Part shown: one piece after another, positions 63,044 to 64,000 of the stretch
Layout of the letters: every line of letters starts with the position of its first letter
Numbering within the stretch: position 1 is the first letter of the stretch
Source: Candidatus Saccharimonadia bacterium
GTDB taxonomy: Bacteria > Patescibacteriota > SICC01
DNA: 64,000 nucleotides
Reading direction: 5' to 3'
Assembly: GCA_025449535.1 (NCBI GenBank)
Contig: JANWJF010000001.1
Span: 549,136-613,135, forward strand
The notes under the pieces: generated by a model
What the model saw: only the letters and a program-made list of their open reading frames with translations
Database searches by the model: none
What the model was told of the DNA's origin: nothing
Translations under genes and position numbers: made by a program

Positions 63044-63117
63044 GCGCCCGTAGCTCAGCGGATTAGAGCACCTGGCTTCGGACCAGGGGGTCGGAGGTTC
63101 GAATCCTTCCGGGCGCG
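63044..63117 (+). tRNA. tRNA-Arg(TCG)
   Basis: GCGCCCG/CGGGCGC acceptor; CCTGG-CTTCGGA-CCAGG anticodon arm. Confidence 0.95.
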
Positions 63118-63155
63118 CAGGACATGGTCCGCGGAGAGGTACGTATACTGGGCAC

Positions 63156-64000
63156 ATGAAGGTAGCCGTCATCGGAGGGGGCCGTTCCGGCGAACACGAG
63201 GTGTCGTTGGAATCCGCGAAGTCAATCCGCCAAGGGCTACGGGAGGCCGGGCATGAAGTGCATTACGTGGAGATCGCCAAGGACGGGACCTGGCGCCACG
63301 GTGACGAGGTCTTGGCCATCGAGCCCGGCAAGGGCCTGTTGGGCGCGGACGTCGTGTTCCCGGCGTTGCACGGTCCGTACGGTGAGGACGGGACGCTCCA
63401 GGGACTGCTGGAGCTGGTCGACGTGCCGTACGTCGGGAGCGGCCTGCACGCTTCCGCCACCTGTATGGACAAGGCGGTGTTCAAGGAGTTGATGGCTCAC
63501 GAGGGGCTTCCCCAAGTAGAGTTCGTCACCTTGCGGCACCCGATGAGCGAGGAGGACCGGCGGCGCATCGAAGGACTCGGCTGGCCGGTCTTCGTGAAGC
63601 CGTCCCGATTGGGTTCGTCGGTCGGCATCAGCAAGGCCGGGAACGCTGCCGAACTGGAAGCGGCACTGACGGAGGCGTTCCGCCGCGACTCGGTAGTACT
63701 GGTCGAACGGGCGTCGTCCGGCCGGGAGATAGAGGTCGGCATCCTGGGCGTCCAGGACCTGACGGTCTCGGAACCGGGCGAGATCATCGTGCCGGGCGAC
63801 GGTTGGTACGACTATGAGGCGAAGTACACGCCGGGGTCCGCGGAAGTCGTGATTCCGGCGAACCTACCGAAGGTCGCGGCTGACAAGGCCAAGGAGTTTG
63901 CCGAACGGGCGTTCCGGGCGACCGGGTGTTCCGGGATGGCCCGTATCGACTTCTTCTTGGAAGGTGAACAGGCGTTGGTCAGCGAGATCAACACGATCCC
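63156..64000 (+). CDS. ddl: D-alanine--D-alanine ligase, truncated by the window end (not in ORF track)
   Basis: MKVAVIGGGRSGEHEVSLESA...FPALHGPYGEDGTLQG...VKPSRLGSSVGI...YDYEAKY...EINTIP. Confidence 0.96.
   Translation, partial: MKVAVIGGGRSGEHEVSLESAKSIRQGLREAGHEVHYVEIAKDGTWRHGDEVLAIEPGKGLLGADVVFPALHGPYGEDGTLQGLLELVDVPYVGSGLHASATCMDKAVFKELMAHEGLPQVEFVTLRHPMSEEDRRRIEGLGWPVFVKPSRLGSSVGISKAGNAAELEAALTEAFRRDSVVLVERASSGREIEVGILGVQDLTVSEPGEIIVPGDGWYDYEAKYTPGSAEVVIPANLPKVAADKAKEFAERAFRATGCSGMARIDFFLEGEQALVSEINTI

Overview
A gene-dense, GC-rich bacterial chromosome segment using the standard bacterial code (TGA = stop). The gene repertoire (VirB2/TrbC-type pilin, membrane GT2, M23 peptidases with Ig-like repeats, bPH_2 and zinc-ribbon proteins, salvage enzymes, few biosynthetic operons) suggests a Patescibacteria/CPR genome; this is inference, not a taxonomic search result. 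The window holds about 80 CDS, including uppP (3' end), ndk, atpI-B-E-F-H-A-[DHFR-like]-G without atpD/atpC, argC, rplY, tsaE-tsaB, rny-HIT-ymdB, HU and ddl (5' end), plus 9 tRNA genes. I saw no rRNA, CRISPR array, integrase or transposase. The most unusual signals are: (1) a covarying two-hairpin leader 10-11 nt upstream of four unrelated tRNA genes; (2) Shine-Dalgarno-led accessory genes enclosed by long-range 5'UTR/3'UTR helices, usually starting at a boxA-like motif, while many housekeeping genes look leaderless; (3) a riboswitch-like terminator/antiterminator upstream of two tandem M23 peptidases; (4) an orphan protein with two DnaA domain-IV-like and two sigma70 region-2-like units, plus stand-alone DnaA-IV and sigma region-4 proteins; (5) an ABC1/UbiB kinase flanked by two paralogous membrane microproteins (one missing from the ORF track) and a VTT-domain gene. 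All calls come from reading motifs by eye; no searches or folding programs were run.
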